Origin: Chlorokybus atmophyticus
Taxonomy: Eukaryota; Plantae; Mesostigma and Chlorokybus algae
Direction of reading: 5' to 3'
DNA length: 64,000 bases
NCBI GenBank assembly: GCA_009103225.1
Contig: RHPI01001132.1
Coordinates: forward strand, 424,002 to 488,001
Position numbers and translations under genes: made by a program. Below the pieces are notes generated by a model. It saw only the letters and a list, made by a program, of their open reading frames with translations, searched no databases and had not been told where the DNA came from. Each line of letters opens with the position of its first letter. Positions within the stretch are counted from its first letter, which is position 1. This document shows, piece after piece, positions 35,401 through 58,200 of the stretch.

Positions 35401-38400
35401 CGCGTACGTTGATTTGCACATGCTTGCCCTGGTTGGCAACCATGACGGCGTTGGCGTTGAGCCGCGCGCGATCGCTGGGACGTCGAGGAACAGCGTTAGC
35501 TGTGGGGTGTTGCTCCAGGGTGCCGGACCTCGAGGCTGCCATGGCTCCTCTTGCTGCAGTAGGAGCGGTGCCCTGTCCTTGTGCGCTTCCTTGTCCGGTT
35601 CCATCCCCCTGCCCTGGCCCTTGTCCGGGTGATGCCGGAGCCGGTGGTGGATTGCGATGAGGAGTCGGGTCCATACTAGGAGCTGGTGGTGGTGGTGGTG
35701 GAGGCACTCGTTCTATTGTTGTCACTGCCTCCCTGTTGATTCAGTAGAGTGCATGAGCGGCCTCCCGCACCAGCGTACCCTCCCATGTGGCTGAAGGGTG
35801 ATAACGCCAGTCGTCGAACTTTTCCACCTGAGGCATAGGCGTGAGGTAGACGGCGCGTACCAGCTGCCTTCTCAAGGCGTCGCCAATGGTGGGTAGTCCA
35901 AGGATGCTCCGCATGTACGTATCCCACCGACCTCTGGTGATCCCGACGTCAATCACTGTCATGGCTCGCCCTCGCAGGGTGTCGGGCGAGTCCTGCTGTC
36001 GACGCTGGTTGTCATAGGCCTAAGCGATGCGCCGAAGCTGCCATGCTGCCTCGATGCCTGGTAGATGCATGAGCGCGACCTTCATGGTGACTCACGTCAC
36101 AAATGCCGTAGGGACACATTTAGTCCACCACTTGGTCATAGGCTTGCCGTACAGAGCGCATGAACGCACTCATCCAATGCAGTCTCGACGGGAATGCGAA
36201 TAGTGGAACTATGGGGTGGTTGTTGATCAATCATGTGAGTATCTGAGCCCGTTCTCCCGTGGTTTGCTGCAAGCGCAGCATCCCTCTGAGTGCGGCGCCC
36301 TCCGGGCCTTGTTGTTGCAACGTCCCCCGGATGGCTTCCTGCAGTAGCCGTGTCCGCAACTGTTGCTCCCCGTATGTTTGTTGACCAGCAAGATAAGGGT
36401 GAGCTCCTTGATGAAGATAACCCCTCCTTGGTTGACGCTGATTTGCTGGCCACATATTGGTCATATTGACGATGAGGGCGGCGATTTCCCCCCTAAAATA
36501 CCTGCTCAACACCCTCGTTTAAGCAAGCCTAATGCGCTCCCTGTCCACGTTGGCGGGATACTGCGGCCTGTTTCACCCAAATGTTGCCATATGCTTCAGC
36601 GCGGGTGTCATTGATGATGACTCCAGGTGGCGCTTCGTCCATGTCTCGCTGGACATCTTCATAGCAGTCCCGCTCGCGGCGGCGGACCACCTGTTCTTGC
36701 TGCTCATGGGTTTGGCGAACCCAATCCAGTGCCTAGAAGCGACGGCATTGCTCACGCCATGAGCACGTGTTCAGCTCAAGATCGTTGCCCAACGGGCGCA
36801 CAGCAAATGCTCGAAACAGTTGAACCACCTGTGGGTCCAAGTCGTCGAAGTGGTCCAGGTTGGATGGCTCTTGGTTGGGTGGTTTCAGCAAGACTGGGTG
36901 CTCTGGAGCCAGCCGATGACGGTTGTACAGATTCCAGAACATGGTGAGGGTCTCGTCAGTGATGCGAAGGGTGCAAAAATCGTGACCAAGCTCTTAGCGG
37001 TGGAGAGGGACATCATCGACACCATATAGCAGAGCGTCCTCGTCAACGCGCCACCCGAACTGATCACCTCCTGCATAAGCCGGGGTGATAGGCATGCCAG
37101 CCGCTGTTTGGATCGGCCCCTGTCCGGGTGGGCGCACTGCTGCTGGAATGTCAATTGCGCCGGTTGAGGCTGCGTCTGCTGTCGTGGACGTGGAGGGCCC
37201 TGCTGCTGTGGCAGCCGCGGTGGACGTCGATGGTCCAGCCATGGTTATTTCCAAAGCACCGATACTGAGCTGGGCGGTAGCCACAGTACTAATGGGCTGC
37301 GCGGTTGTGTTGATAGCGGCGATGGTTGCTGCTGGTGAAGCTGCTGCCGCCGACTCAGCAGCGAGGACGGCCGAGGTCGCAGCGATGGTTGCCGCGAGCC
37401 CTTTGTCGAGCGCACTGGCAGCTGCTGCCGTGGCCGCTTGCGTGGCAGTTGAGACGGTGGGATCCGCAGGTGCTGCCGCGGATGCAGACAATGATCCTGA
37501 GACCCCAGTGGTGGCAGCTGGTGACGATGCTGCGGTGGTCGCTGCTGTTGTTGCCGCTTGACTAGCAGACCGAGCTGCTCCCACTGTGGCGGATGGCCCG
37601 GCGTCTCCTCGGGCTCGCCGTGGTGGCTGTATGCGCATGGGCGTGGCGACTGCCTTACGCTTGGCTGCCATTGCTGCCCAGCGCGCCGTGTAGCACGCGC
37701 GGTATTCATCCTCCTTGCCCTTCAGCATCGCGTGAAGCTCATCCATCCGTGCTGTGAGGGCAGCAACCACCTCTGTGTCCTCTGCGACAGGCGCCTTGTG
37801 GGCGGCGTTGCCTGCCTTGGGTCCACCTTGATGGTTCTGTTTGTGTTTTGGAGGATTGTTGTTCCCCCGATAGCCGTTGTTGGCTGGCTCCTTGCCCTTG
37901 TTGCCGTTATTGTTGTAACCGCTGCTGCCCTTGTAGCTGCCTGAGGGTCTCAACTCAGGGTGCTTGGTGTAGCAGACTGCCTCCAAGTGTCCATTTTTGT
38001 GGCAGTGGTCGCACACCAGGTTCGCGTACTCCTCTGTGCAGTTCCTCTGGTAGTAACCATGACGTCCACACCTGTCGCAGACGACAGGGGCAGGGAGTGC
38101 AGCGTGAGCTGACTTCACAAGAGGTTTGGGTGTGCTGGTGGTGTAAGACTTGCGGTCATGTCGGGGTCTAGAGCAGAGGCAGGAGCACGTGAAGGACCAG
38201 AGTTCGTATCCAATACTGCTCATCCACACCTGGCGGTCATGGATGGCTTGGGCTTTTTTTAAGGCCTGAAGCAGCGAATACCCTTGTGGTCGGGTATTGT
38301 TGAGAGCGTTGTCCACCGTCCTGTTCAGTGCAGGCTCTAGTTGGCTGACGAACACCACGGCAGCAGCTTCGTCGCTGAGGATTCTGTAGTTGGTGTCCTT

Positions 38401-40099
38401 CAGCAGCTTGACCGTCCGGGTGTAAGTGCGCAGATGTCCTCCCCTGCTTTGCGCCTGAAGTGACGCAACTCCTCCACCTTCTGACTGGTTTGTGGTGGAA
38501 ATGTGCGCCGAAGCGCCAGGTACAAGTCCTGTAACGGTGACAACGTGCGGTCCACCCTGATGGTGAGCGCGGGTTCCCGCATGCTGACCGAGCCTGACGA
38601 CAAAGTACTGCCGACAGCTGTGTCTCGGATCCCTTGAGTCCTTGTCTGAACAGGAGTATCATGTACAAGGGCACGTTGTCGTGCTTGTGCCTCCTGAAGT
38701 GCAGTTTGTTGCTCCACCATTAGTTTGAACGCCAGAAGTTGCACCTGAGAACGGCGTGCTTGCTGCGCTGCCGCCAACTCACGGTCGACCAATGCAGGAT
38801 CAACTGCTGGTATGTCTGCTTCAGCTGTCAGCTGTGCTGCGGCCAGAGCTTCAGTAAGAGTAGGGCCTTGCAGTGGGGCAGCTGGAACAATAGGCGTGAC
38901 AGGGACGCCAGGAGTTGATGTCTCCATGGGCAGAGCTCCGGTGCCGGCCAGAACTCCGTACCCTCCAATCTCATGCTGTGCAGCAACTGACCTATACACC
39001 TCATGTGCCTCGTGGTCTAAGCATGTTGCAGCCATTCAAAAAGACATAAGACCTGACCGGTTGGGAGTCTTGATCGCATGGTAGCTCATCCTGGAGTCGA
39101 ACTCGATGATCTATTTGTCCAGTGGTGTTGTACCAGGACGTCCGGAGAATAAGACCATGAGTGGAGCCGGATGCCTCCATGTCGTCGCCGTCAAGCTGAT
39201 CGACGAAGCTTTCAACTCGATGATGAGACTGAGTATGTCTGGAACGGGGTGTTGGGGAAGTGTGAGGGCTGTCGATATTGTTGTCGCCCTCTCCTTCGCC
39301 GTACCGCCCGGAAGATAGGTTTGAGCCCAACCAGCTGTCGAAGTTGCTGGTGGTCTCCTCCACAACAGGGAAAAGCCCGTAACGATGGGTGGACTCTCTG
39401 ACTGCTGGGGAGTCACTCATGCAGGTTGCACGGTGAGCGACGAAGAGAGCGAGGCAGAGTGTGTGTACCCTACTGGTGCTCCCCGAACGCTACCACTCAA
39501 CACACTAGTGCTTGGCAATGTTGCACTCTGTGCTGACAATGATAACACGACACTGATGCAACCACCGTTGCTGCAAAGATGCAACCCACGCTGATGCACG
39601 ACACTCACTTGCACAAGGAGGATGACACTGTAAGTTAACAAGCCACTACTAGAGGTACTGCTGCTTTTACAGTTCCTTGCATGAGGTCAAGATAATTCCA
39701 CTGTTAAGTGAGGTGTATGAATGCGGCAACCTGTAGATACCACACTCTGATGCGGACTACACAACGTGCACCCACGAAACCACAATCACATCAAGTGACA
39801 AGCAATGCCCGTGTGCATACGCTGCATTCTCTCACGTGTAGATGTGTCTTGGCAACCGGGGCGGCAAGGTGATGCAGTCACATCAAGCCACAACCTCCAG
39901 AGAGCAAGTCCAACGCGCTCCGAAGATCAACATCCGTACTTCGTTATTCCAAGTCTCTCAATTTCCACTTACAGTGTCATCAACGTACAGAGGCTAAGTC
40001 CTAAGCCTTTATAGTCAAGTGTCCGTTGTGAGTTGACTTAGGTCTGATCTAGGTCATTTCGTAAACTAGCCGTTATCTTAGTACTAAAGTCAACTCACA
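32480..40099 (-). mobile_element. Ty3/Gypsy LTR retrotransposon (gag-unknown domain-protease-DNA methyltransferase-RT-partial RNase H), 3'-truncated and frameshifted
   Basis: Gag zinc knuckles CDRCGRHGYYQRNC and CDHCHKNGHLEAVC. Protease VMLDGGAQPCIIG. RT WRMCGDYRPLN, FSILDMRQGYNQI, KTAF, MPFGLKNAPAKFQRVM and YIDD. RNase H start PFVLHTDWSKLGMGAVLAQ. LTR-like 5' end TGTGAGTTGAC at 40099. No integrase or 3' LTR was found. Confidence 0.92.
33790..34740 (-). pseudogene. DNMT3-like C5-cytosine methyltransferase catalytic domain inside Gypsy pol
   Basis: Motif I LKLFDGIG (LFDGIG at 34706-34723), IV ARWECQGHSRAG..GL.DPRS.LFWE (Cys 34444-34446), VI ENV (34306-34314), VIII SRAHRVRAKWTNL (about 34172-34210), IX ERERAMGF (33878-33901) and X RQLLGCAMD (33805-33833), all in canonical order. 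Confidence 0.9.
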
Positions 40100-42444
40100 A
40101 CTGCTCAGCGTCGTGCGGGACCCATGTTGGTAGCCAGGGTTGATGCCTGACTGTAGGCATAGCTGATGGGGAAGTGCTGTGATGCCGGTAGCGCGGGAAT
40201 GATGCTTGGCTGTAGGCATCCTCGAGGAAGTTGGCCCCTCCTGGACCGCTGGCATGACACCTCTTCTGCGCCATATCTGCCTTTCTTGTGATGCGTGCTT
40301 GTGTTAGGCGTTCCTTCTCCTCAGCAACTGCTCTCAGATTTTGGATGATCTCCGGGCTGGTGAGGATGGTGGCATGTCTCGTATATGTGCGGGTTGCTTG
40401 GGGGAGTTGACCATGGCCGGGCAACACCTCTTTGGTGCCAAGATCTTCTTCTGGAAAGTCAGGTACATTCCGTGCACATTACACAGGTTCTGGCCCTGGC
40501 TCCTGCTCCTCTTCCTGCCCATATCCATGTGTGAACAATGCCTTCAGCAGGACAGGGCTGATGGTGCCTGGCTCTGGTTGCTGCACAGCTTCTGCCCCAG
40601 ACGCATGAAGGCGATTGTCAAGTGCATGTGCGTCCACTGGCCACAACCTTGCAAGGTTACAACTTGTCTTACTGTATGCATGATCTCTAGCGCTTGTCCG
40701 TGCAACTGATGCATGTATTGCGTGCATGTCACTATCAGGAATCTAACATGTGCATGTTGCTTGCAGTGTACCTGTTTTGCGAAAGCCGTTAATGATGTTG
40801 TCCAGGGCCATGGCCGAAAGGAAAGGGGTGGCAGTGAGTTGTATGAACATCTTCTTGCACATCTCGACGTTCGGGTTGGCGGACATGACGCGCATGTACT
40901 GCTGTTTGAAGGTTTGCTTGAAGCTCCGAAAGCAGGAGACGTCCAAGACCTGCAACAACAGAACAGGTGTGTGAGGCCTATGCACAAAAGCACTCATGCA
41001 TGTGTGTGTAACACTGCGACTAACTCAGTGCTTGTGTGCAACGTGTATGCATACCTGCATAAGGTGTGTCAAGTGCGAAGGGAAGGTCAAGATGTGCACT
41101 CCGTTGCTGAGGGCAGCTCCCAACCTGTCGGGGTCAAACCTGTACGAATGGCCATCCACAAGCAGCAGGCATGGGTTGTCTGTGGTAGCCCCACCAGGTA
41201 TATTCAGCATAAACTGGGTCATCCATTGCCTGAAAATCTAAGTCATCATGTACGCATTCTCCTGCACAACATGCACTGAGTTAGCAACTGTGTGCAGCAT
41301 GCATGCTGTCAACCACTTCACACCTACATGGCCAGCCCGCTTCCAGGGGGGGCATCCTCCAACTAGTCGTTTGTCACACGCTTGCCCTTGCAGATGTAGA
41401 GAGGGGGCATGTGTGCACCTGCTGCGTTCACACATGCCATAATGCTCATGTGCTCTCGGTTCCCCGAGAGTCTATGGTAGGGGTTGCGGAAGCCTCTGGG
41501 CGCAACCACCTTGACAGTGCCCAGGTTGTCCGGTTCGAGACCTATCTCATCCGCATTCCAAATGCGGGAAGGGGTGAGGCGCAGGTCATACACCAACCGT
41601 TCATACACAGCAAAGGAGGACACAGCTTCGGGGGTGGCCCACTGCCAGCGACACCTATCCAACCCTTCTGCCACTCTCATACTGAGGTTGTGTCTGGACA
41701 GGAACATACGGCACCACTTCCTGCCCGGGATCTGAAACTCTCCAAACCTCCTCAGCTTCTCCTCGTTGCCCTCCAGCAGGGCTATCACCTGTTTGCTGAA
41801 AGTTAATCTTTTGTTGCAACTGTCATACATGCATACATGACACTCACCCTGTGTTGCAGTGCAGACACTGTGACGGCGTTGGCGTGCCGGCACATGTCAA
41901 CAACCCAAGTCACTAACTGTTCTTCTTCACTCTTAGACAAGATTGGAATGCGCCCCGGAGAGCGGGGGTCGTTGAACTTGTTTGGGTTGCGGAAGTAGTC
42001 ACTGAGAGTGCTCCGGGGTACACCAATGTCGTCTGCAACCTCACGCAGTCCTCTCTCACTAGCGCGCACCAGTTTGTATGCAGCCATCATCTTCTCCAGC
42101 AATGTAGAGTTGCGGGAGTACATAGCATATTTCAGCCCTTGTGCCTTCACTAGGGAGCGCAAGTCTCAGGTGCTGCGTTTGCGCGCTGTACTCTTGCCTT
42201 TGGCTGGTGCAGCTGGTGTAAAAGGCTGCTTGCGCTTGCCCTTGGCCTGAGGGGTGCGGTCCTTGGGGGCCTGCCAAAAAACCCAGAATGATGAGAGTTG
42301 ATAAGTGCAGCAGTCATTGCTGTCCAACCTCTCTGATTGGTCAGCCAGCAAGCCAGCAAGGCAGTGTGTAGCTTTACTTGTATAGTCTCAAGACAGCAAT
42401 AGTACATATGCAAACAATCAACTCACCCCACTGTTGCCCGTCAT
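40095..42444 (-). pseudogene. Intron-containing pogo/Fot1 transposase (HTH_psq, CENP-B HTH, DDE_1)
   Basis: GLREVADDIGVPRSTL, LSKSEEEQLVTWV, PGRKWCRMFLSRHNLS.R, RIWNADEIG, SIMACVNAAGAHMPPLYI.KGK, LLLVDGHSY and HLTHLMQ|VLDVSCFRSFK. In-frame TGA near the N-terminus and another stop after RVTND. Confidence 0.88.
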
Positions 42445-43170
42445 ATCACTGTCATGAGTGCTTCGACTCTCTTGGCTGCGCCTTGCACGCGTAGACACCA
42501 TAGTGGCAATTCGAGCAACACCACCAACAAGATGCACATGCATATTGCAGCCTTGTGTTGCAGCTATATAGGCCCACATATGTCAACTAGTAACAAGGTT
42601 AACCATTCCCCACCCTTTACACGCGGTTTCAACATGAATAGCACAAAGTGCACTTTTCATCTAATGCGTAACGATATGTGTGGTTTGGCTTTATGGGCCA
42701 TAACTTCATGCCTAGGCGGCCTAGTAATGTGATGTAAGATGTATAGTAGACTACATTCAATCACCTACCCAATGCAAACCACCGCTCCGCCAAAGCTGCT
42801 CTCATGGCTTATTGGCGAGGAATCAAAGTTAGCACTACACACACGCGCCAACTGCAACATTTCAAATCAATTTGTATTTGCGCCCGAAACGCTAACCAAT
42901 GAGCGTCTCGAGCTGGTGGTGTGCTCCTTGTGACCAATGAGAGCACACTACCAAGTCTTGGCCCAATTGGCCGCGGCAAACAACATCTACAGCCAAAAAC
43001 TACCGGCCATAGGCCAAGTGTCCGAAATTAAGAAATGTCCGAAGTTAGGACACAGTACCCTACTTCGGCATGCTGCGAGCCCAAGTTCGCCTTAGCAAGC
43101 CCAGCTGCGATGCCTCAAAGCTGGAGGCTGCCATGTGGCGCATCAACGCGGCGGGGCGGCGACGGGCAGC

Positions 43171-52138
<8,968 letters not shown>

Positions 52139-52686
52139 GTGATAACAGAACACTTCGAACATCTGCACAGTCAGCATAATGCGTGCGCACACACACAAAC
52201 ACACGAGTGCTTATTGGTGCGTTCTACAGGTTGGTGCAAAGCGGAGGCGCGGTGCAGACGACTTCAGCTGCATGATTCCACTCAAGATGCTTCCAGCAAG
52301 TTTAGTATTCATGCTATCAACTTGCCTTGAACACCAGTACATACAGCAACCAGAGTTTGCACTTACTGATTGTTTTTTTGCACAACAAATGGACGGAGAG
52401 TACAAAAAGCGGAACTCCTGAGAGTTCGAGTACAAGTTAGGCTAAATGAAGCACGAAGCAGCTACAGCAGCGAAGCGAAATCATGTAGCACAAACGCAAA
52501 AGTGTATCTAGAAGGGGTTTGCTGTTGTGTATGCTATGAGGACATGCTATGAGGACATAATCAATGCAGCAGCCTTGAAAGATATGGTGCGAAAACATTG
52601 GCCATGTGGGCAGGTGAACGCATATGCATGTGCATGCTTGCATGGCTATCAGGGCAGTAGGGGTAGAGTATAGTGTTAGGTAGTGA

Positions 52687-53390
52687 ATGAACCCGATGGT
52701 TAACGTTACAATAGTGTGGTTGATATGCGCTATGTCACTCTGCATGCTGCTGATTGTGCGCTGTGCGTTGATAGAAGTGCTGCTGCACAGGCAGAAGCTG
52801 GCTCGCAAGCTGACTTCGCTTGAAACCATGGTGCTCATCATGCCCGGGGCGGCCATCATACTGGCCTTTGCCACATTCATACCCTACAAACGGTGCTCCG
52901 TAAGCATTACATCATCACTGCACTTGCATGATCATGCAATCTTGGTTGACTTATACTCACATCATCGGATCCATGTCACAGATTTGGATTGATGGGTCGA
53001 TACTGCAGTATTGCAACCTAATGCCGTGTTGTTTTGTTTTTTCTGGGCAGGAGTTTTGTCATGAGGGCTCAGCTCAATTTTGCATCCCAAAAGCTTGGAA
53101 GAACGATTTTTGCAGCGAAGCAGAGTTGTTGGTGCGGCAGCTGGCATTGATGTTGCGTTTCTTCTCCACATTAAAACATTCAGTAGCCATGACATATGGA
53201 TTACTTGGTTGCTGTGCAGGTGCATGGTTGGGGGCACGTGAGCGCCAGTGGTATCCTCCTAGTTGTCTCTATAGGCGCCGCGCTGGCGTATGGCACACGA
53301 AAAAATATCACTTCTCACTTCTCACCCTTGCTTTTACGTGTACAAGCAAGGAACAATGTAGGATTAACGTGGTGCCTTGACATTTGCTAG
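52687..53390 (+). CDS. Possible small multi-exon membrane protein or gene fragment
   Basis: Hydrophobic ORF MNPMVNVTIVWLICAMSLCMLLIV...AIILAFATFIPYKRCS|gtaagc, and later ggcag|EFCHEG and gtgcag|VHGWGHVSASGILLVVSIGAAL. Family not recognised. Confidence 0.25.
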
Positions 53391-55299
53391 AGGGGATACC
53401 TATAACAGGAGGGAGCTGAGGACACAATATGGTAACTACGTATACATATACATACTATTGGTGACTTATAAACCACTTGAGCAGATGTAAGCGAGAAAGG
53501 TCATGAGTGTCATTCTTACATCGATTCCACTTGCTTGGATTGACACTACATGCTAGTGCCAATGCACAAACATGGCCTTTGTCTGTATTGGCACATGCTA
53601 AACATTTTGTACAACTTGCAAGTTGTATAAAATGGTGTTTTGAGGTGACGTGCTCATTTACTCGCCCTTCCGCAATGCCATCACTAATAGATGCACGCCA
53701 GCGGGATGCAGTAGGAGTAGGAGCTCTGTCTCCTCCCCTCTTCTTGCTTCCCTTCTCTACCCTCCCACTTATTTGCAGCGTCCGCTTCTTTCGTTTCTCC
53801 CGTTATTTCCTCTCCTTCTGTTCATGCTTTGCGATGTGCTCCTTCTTGCTTTCCAAGACTCCCCCCTTACCTCCTGCACCTCTATTCCCGCTTTCCTGCC
53901 TTTCTACGCTTCCTACTAATTCCTTTTTGAACTTTAAACTTTTTATACTCGTACTCCTTTATGTCCACGAACCATAATTTGTGGTGGTGTTAGTCCGTTC
54001 TCATATCAAAAGATTCAATCTTTGTTTTCAGCAATAGCAAATGAAGGGCTTATCATGCTACAGTGTTGTGAATTGTAACGCGTATGCTGGGTTTGAAGCA
54101 GTGCCTGTGTCGCGTTACATAGGGTCGAGAGTCACTGCAACGATACCACGACCAATCTGCTGGTCGGGCCTTGGTAAACTTATGCACAAGCACTTAGAAC
54201 TTACATATGGAAGTCACACCAGCATCACCGGCGCAGCACCTCGCAGGGGAAGATGCAGCTCAGCACCGAGGGAGTAGAGGATGACCACCGGCCTCTCCAG
54301 TCAGCTCGAGCCCCAGGTACGCACTCAACATACCCACGTGCACAACACTACAATACCACACCCAACAAGGGATGAAGGGGAGAGCCCCTTTAACAGCTAA
54401 CAACTAGGCACCCCATGCACAAGTGGCCCTCTTGTAAGGCAAACACACACCGATGTCTTAATCAACACAGATCCCTACTCAAGAATGCAACGTAGCATTT
54501 ATACCACATGCTGCTCTCCCGACCTAGAACACAGGATGTTCAAGGCCATCTAGGCCTTGAACCTATGCGCTGACCTTATTCCAACATCGGAACCAACAAG
54601 CTCCACCTTGGGAGTATCAAACCACCTCCGATTCTCATAGGATCAACAATCCTACCTCGGAATCAGAAACTCAGGCTCCCATAGTACACATGTACTTGCG
54701 GATTGCCCGCATGCACCACTTGCCTTGCGATTGTCACACCTGTGGCAAATCGCACTACCACAGTACAGATCCTGTGGTTTGCCAACTTGGCTCACTTATT
54801 TTGCAATAGCCACTTTGTGTGGCAACTTACAGTACAATAACAAAGGCTAACATGCCATAGGCATTGACCAGCTCTGTGCTAGCCCAGCATCAATGCCTTG
54901 TGTAGTTTATCAATACCCAAGGCCCTCACAGGCTCAAGAGTGGACCGCATGAGAGCACACACCATAAGCACTTACACCCGCTTAGGAAATGAAACATCCC
55001 ACTTGCTCCCTTCCTACTAACATAAGTAAGGGACAAAGAATGATTTTTGCTAGCCTGATAGGCGTGACAGTCACACTGTCTAGAGGAGCTGCAGCAGCTG
55101 TATGACAAGAAGACAGTAAAGCAATAGCAAAGAATTCCTCCTTGCTTCCATAAAGTCATACGTACTGATGTATGTGTACACAAGTTGCACGTTGTACATC
55201 CACAGTGAGCTAGTGTACATGCTCTGCTTAATGGATAAGCAACATAGTCAACAAGCCACCCCCCCTTTTGGCTGTCATGAGTCCCTTCATCAGAGCTCA

Positions 55300-58200
55300 C
55301 TTCTTTAGCGCATGTTGGGTGGTCTATTGTTACGGCCATCTGTTGCACCGATACTTCTCCATGAGTACATCGTCCTTGCGGTTTGTTCGACAATAGCACT
55401 GCATGCCTTTGTCGCATCCGTCACACACCATCATCTTCGCATCGTCGATGGCGCTGCCACACTTCTCACACCTCTTGCTGCGCGAGGGGCGCGAGTGGTG
55501 GATGCTGTCGAAACCTGTCACCTATGGCAAGTGCCAAGGGACACAATGATCATACCATATTCATAATACCACGTAATTTAGTCTTTTCCCGACCTGCTTC
55601 AGCACGCCTAGCATGCCGCTATAAAAGACTTTCAGCACTTTATATGGCTCCCCTAACGCTGGTGTGAAGCGTGTCGTGCAAGGCTTCCATGCGGTTAACA
55701 AAGTCTCATTGTCAAGGGCTTTTCCTTTAGTTAAGGTTTTCACCTTGACATCATTTAACATGACCCTAATTGGTTAATTATATGCCAAGCTCCATTGGTT
55801 CCTCGCTCTATGCTTAAGACCCTTATATAAGTCTAATTTAAGTTATGAGTCCCAACGGGTGATATCCACGACTCTTACCTAATTGGTTGATATCAACTAG
55901 ATTGGTCAAAGCTATGGCTGATGTGGCTGAGTGAGTGAGTTGGGTTGAAAGTTCTTTACGACACGACAGTCACGGCGGCGGCGTGGGTAGGGTCGTTGGC
56001 GTGGGTGTTAGGGTAGAGGATTTAGGGGGAGTTTGGCATTTCCCCTTTGCACTGATGCTTTAGAACGCCGTTGTCATTGCTTGTGAAACATTACGATAGC
56101 CCTTGATAAGTTATAAATCCTATGAAAACCTCAACATGTAAGCGCCTTTGCTTACACGGCTTAATGAAAGATCTCGACGTAACTTAAAAGCCGCTGCGAA
56201 CTCGTTTGTCGCGGTGCTGTGCGATGCACAGGTTGTTCAAGGCCATGAGTATCAGGTGCTTGAACAGGGATGCGCAATTTGTAAGGTAACAGCTCATCTC
56301 GTCGAGGTTGTCGAATATGTTCACAATCTAGTCCACTTCTCGTTGTGCGCGAAACGGAGCTGCTTTGCGACAATAGGTTGCGCCCAAATACAAGATAGTA
56401 TCCATGGGCTTTGGTTGCGCATAAATGCTTGCTTGGACAACCGGCATCTCAAAGCAACCCATGGCATGTGGTGCTCTCAAGTATCTTTACGGTGCTCCAA
56501 CACATGCTTGCGCGCGCGGCCTTATTGAGGGTCTGAACTGTACGCTCGGCGAGGTCATCTGCTTGCAGATGGTCTCTCGATTTGCGGCAATGGTCAATGC
56601 AGCAGCGGCAATCAGAGTAGTGAACTCCCCTCCAATCAAAGTCCTTTGGTTGGTGATGATCTCGGCGCAGCAGAAACGGCGCAGAACATGGTTGAGGAAG
56701 GCACGAGCCACCCCCTGCTGCTCTTGTTGAGTAGAGGCACTAATTCCACCCACTTGCAGCACTCAATCATTACAAGGATGTAACGGTTGCCTCGCGCTAA
56801 GGGGAACAAGCCCTTTGGAATGTTAAAGCCCCACCTGTACAACAACCCGAGATGGAAAGCTTCCCTCCCTTAAGGGGGTTCAACTTGAAGATGCCGTTGC
56901 GAGTGTTGAGGCTGGCCTTAACCATATCGCACTAATAGCGGTTGTGCCCACATGCTCCTGCACATGCTTGCACAAGCCATGCCACCAGTGCCGCGCTTGC
57001 TCAAGCCGGGCTGGCGTTGCGATGAACACCAAAGTGTCCCAACTCTATGTGGAGAGACTAAACGATGCCCTTCCGTGCCTACGGCCTGGCCACCGTGCGA
57101 GATGACCTCCTTTTCGTCAGGTATGGATGCATTGATATAGCTTCTCATCTGTCCATTAATAGTGCTAATGGCACTGGTTGACGCGGTCCTTTTCCCGAGC
57201 ACTTAGTCCTGCGGGGAGGTGTCCGGTCTAAAGAAGAGTCAACGCGTGTTTGCCCAGCGCAATGTCCCATCTGCTGTCGGTGGTAGGCAGGGCCTCATCG
57301 GCGACGGCGACGTTTTCGAGCACGAGGAGGCACTCATAATTGTTGGCTGGCACGGGCGTGTCTGCTGTCAATCACATTGACGTAGCGGCCTGCCTTGCGT
57401 CTTGCACGCAGTGCTGCAACATCAAACATGGTGGCAACACTTGGAGGTGGTGCTAGAGGCCCGAGTTGTATCAAGCTCTTGTGACATCGTTGATGGAGAA
57501 TCAAGGGTTACCACTCAGTCCATCCACGGCTTGGTCGGCGAGGTTGGCGCGGTGTTGACTTTGAGGTCGTGCTCTTGCAGCAGCAAGGCCCACTTTCTCA
57601 ACTTGCTTGTCAAGTGTTGGTTTGTTATCAGCCAGCATATGGGCTAATGGTCATGATGAGTTGGAACTGCATGTTAAACAAGGGCCGGAAGAAGAAGATA
57701 GCCCACACAACTGCGTGACACTCCCGTTCGTAGCTGCTGTAGTTGGCTTCGGCGATGTTGTTGCTCCGACAGGCGTAGGAGACCAAGCGCTCCTCCTTGT
57801 TGTCGTCATGCTGCACGAGGACAGCTCCAGACCTCGATTTGCTTCAATTTATGTATAAGATGAAGGGCTTTGTGTAATCGGGGCGCTAAAGGATGGGGGC
57901 TGTCGTCAGCCGCTGATTTTACATCATTGAAGCCTTGTGCTATGGCTCCTTGCACTCGAACTCGACGTCCTTCTTTGAAAGCTCGTTGAGTGGGCGCTTC
58001 ATGAAGTTTTCTACAAACGTGCAATAGCAATTGGTCAGCCTCAAGAGGCATGAAGCTGCGTGAGGTCCATGAGGGTTGGGATAGACACTCATGCCTCCAT
58101 CTAGGCCTGTAGTACATATATACACGCCGTTGGGCACAATAATGTACTCAAATAGGGCACCTTGTGGGTAAACGTGCACTTGTCGGGGTACACTCATCCA

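Larger units (their letters stand above)
32126..43060 (-). mobile_element. pogo/Fot1-type Tc1/mariner DNA transposon, interrupted by a nested Gypsy element
   Basis: TA|GGGTAATGTGCCCAAACTTTGGACA (32126-32150) and the reverse complement of 43036-43060, GGGTACTGTGTCCTAACTTCGGACA|TA, match at 21/25 positions. TA on both sides, and sub-terminal copies of the TIR core at about 32331 and about 43018. Confidence 0.85.

Noticed and set aside
39722-39745. PBS of the DNMT-Gypsy (TGGTATCTAC)
   Set aside because: Only 7 nt match tRNA-iMet, it is not preceded by a clear CA LTR end, and there is no second LTR to confirm the boundary.
56005-56030. Interstitial telomere-like motifs (gttagggt, tttaggggg)
   Set aside because: Isolated single units, compatible with chance in G/T-rich sequence.
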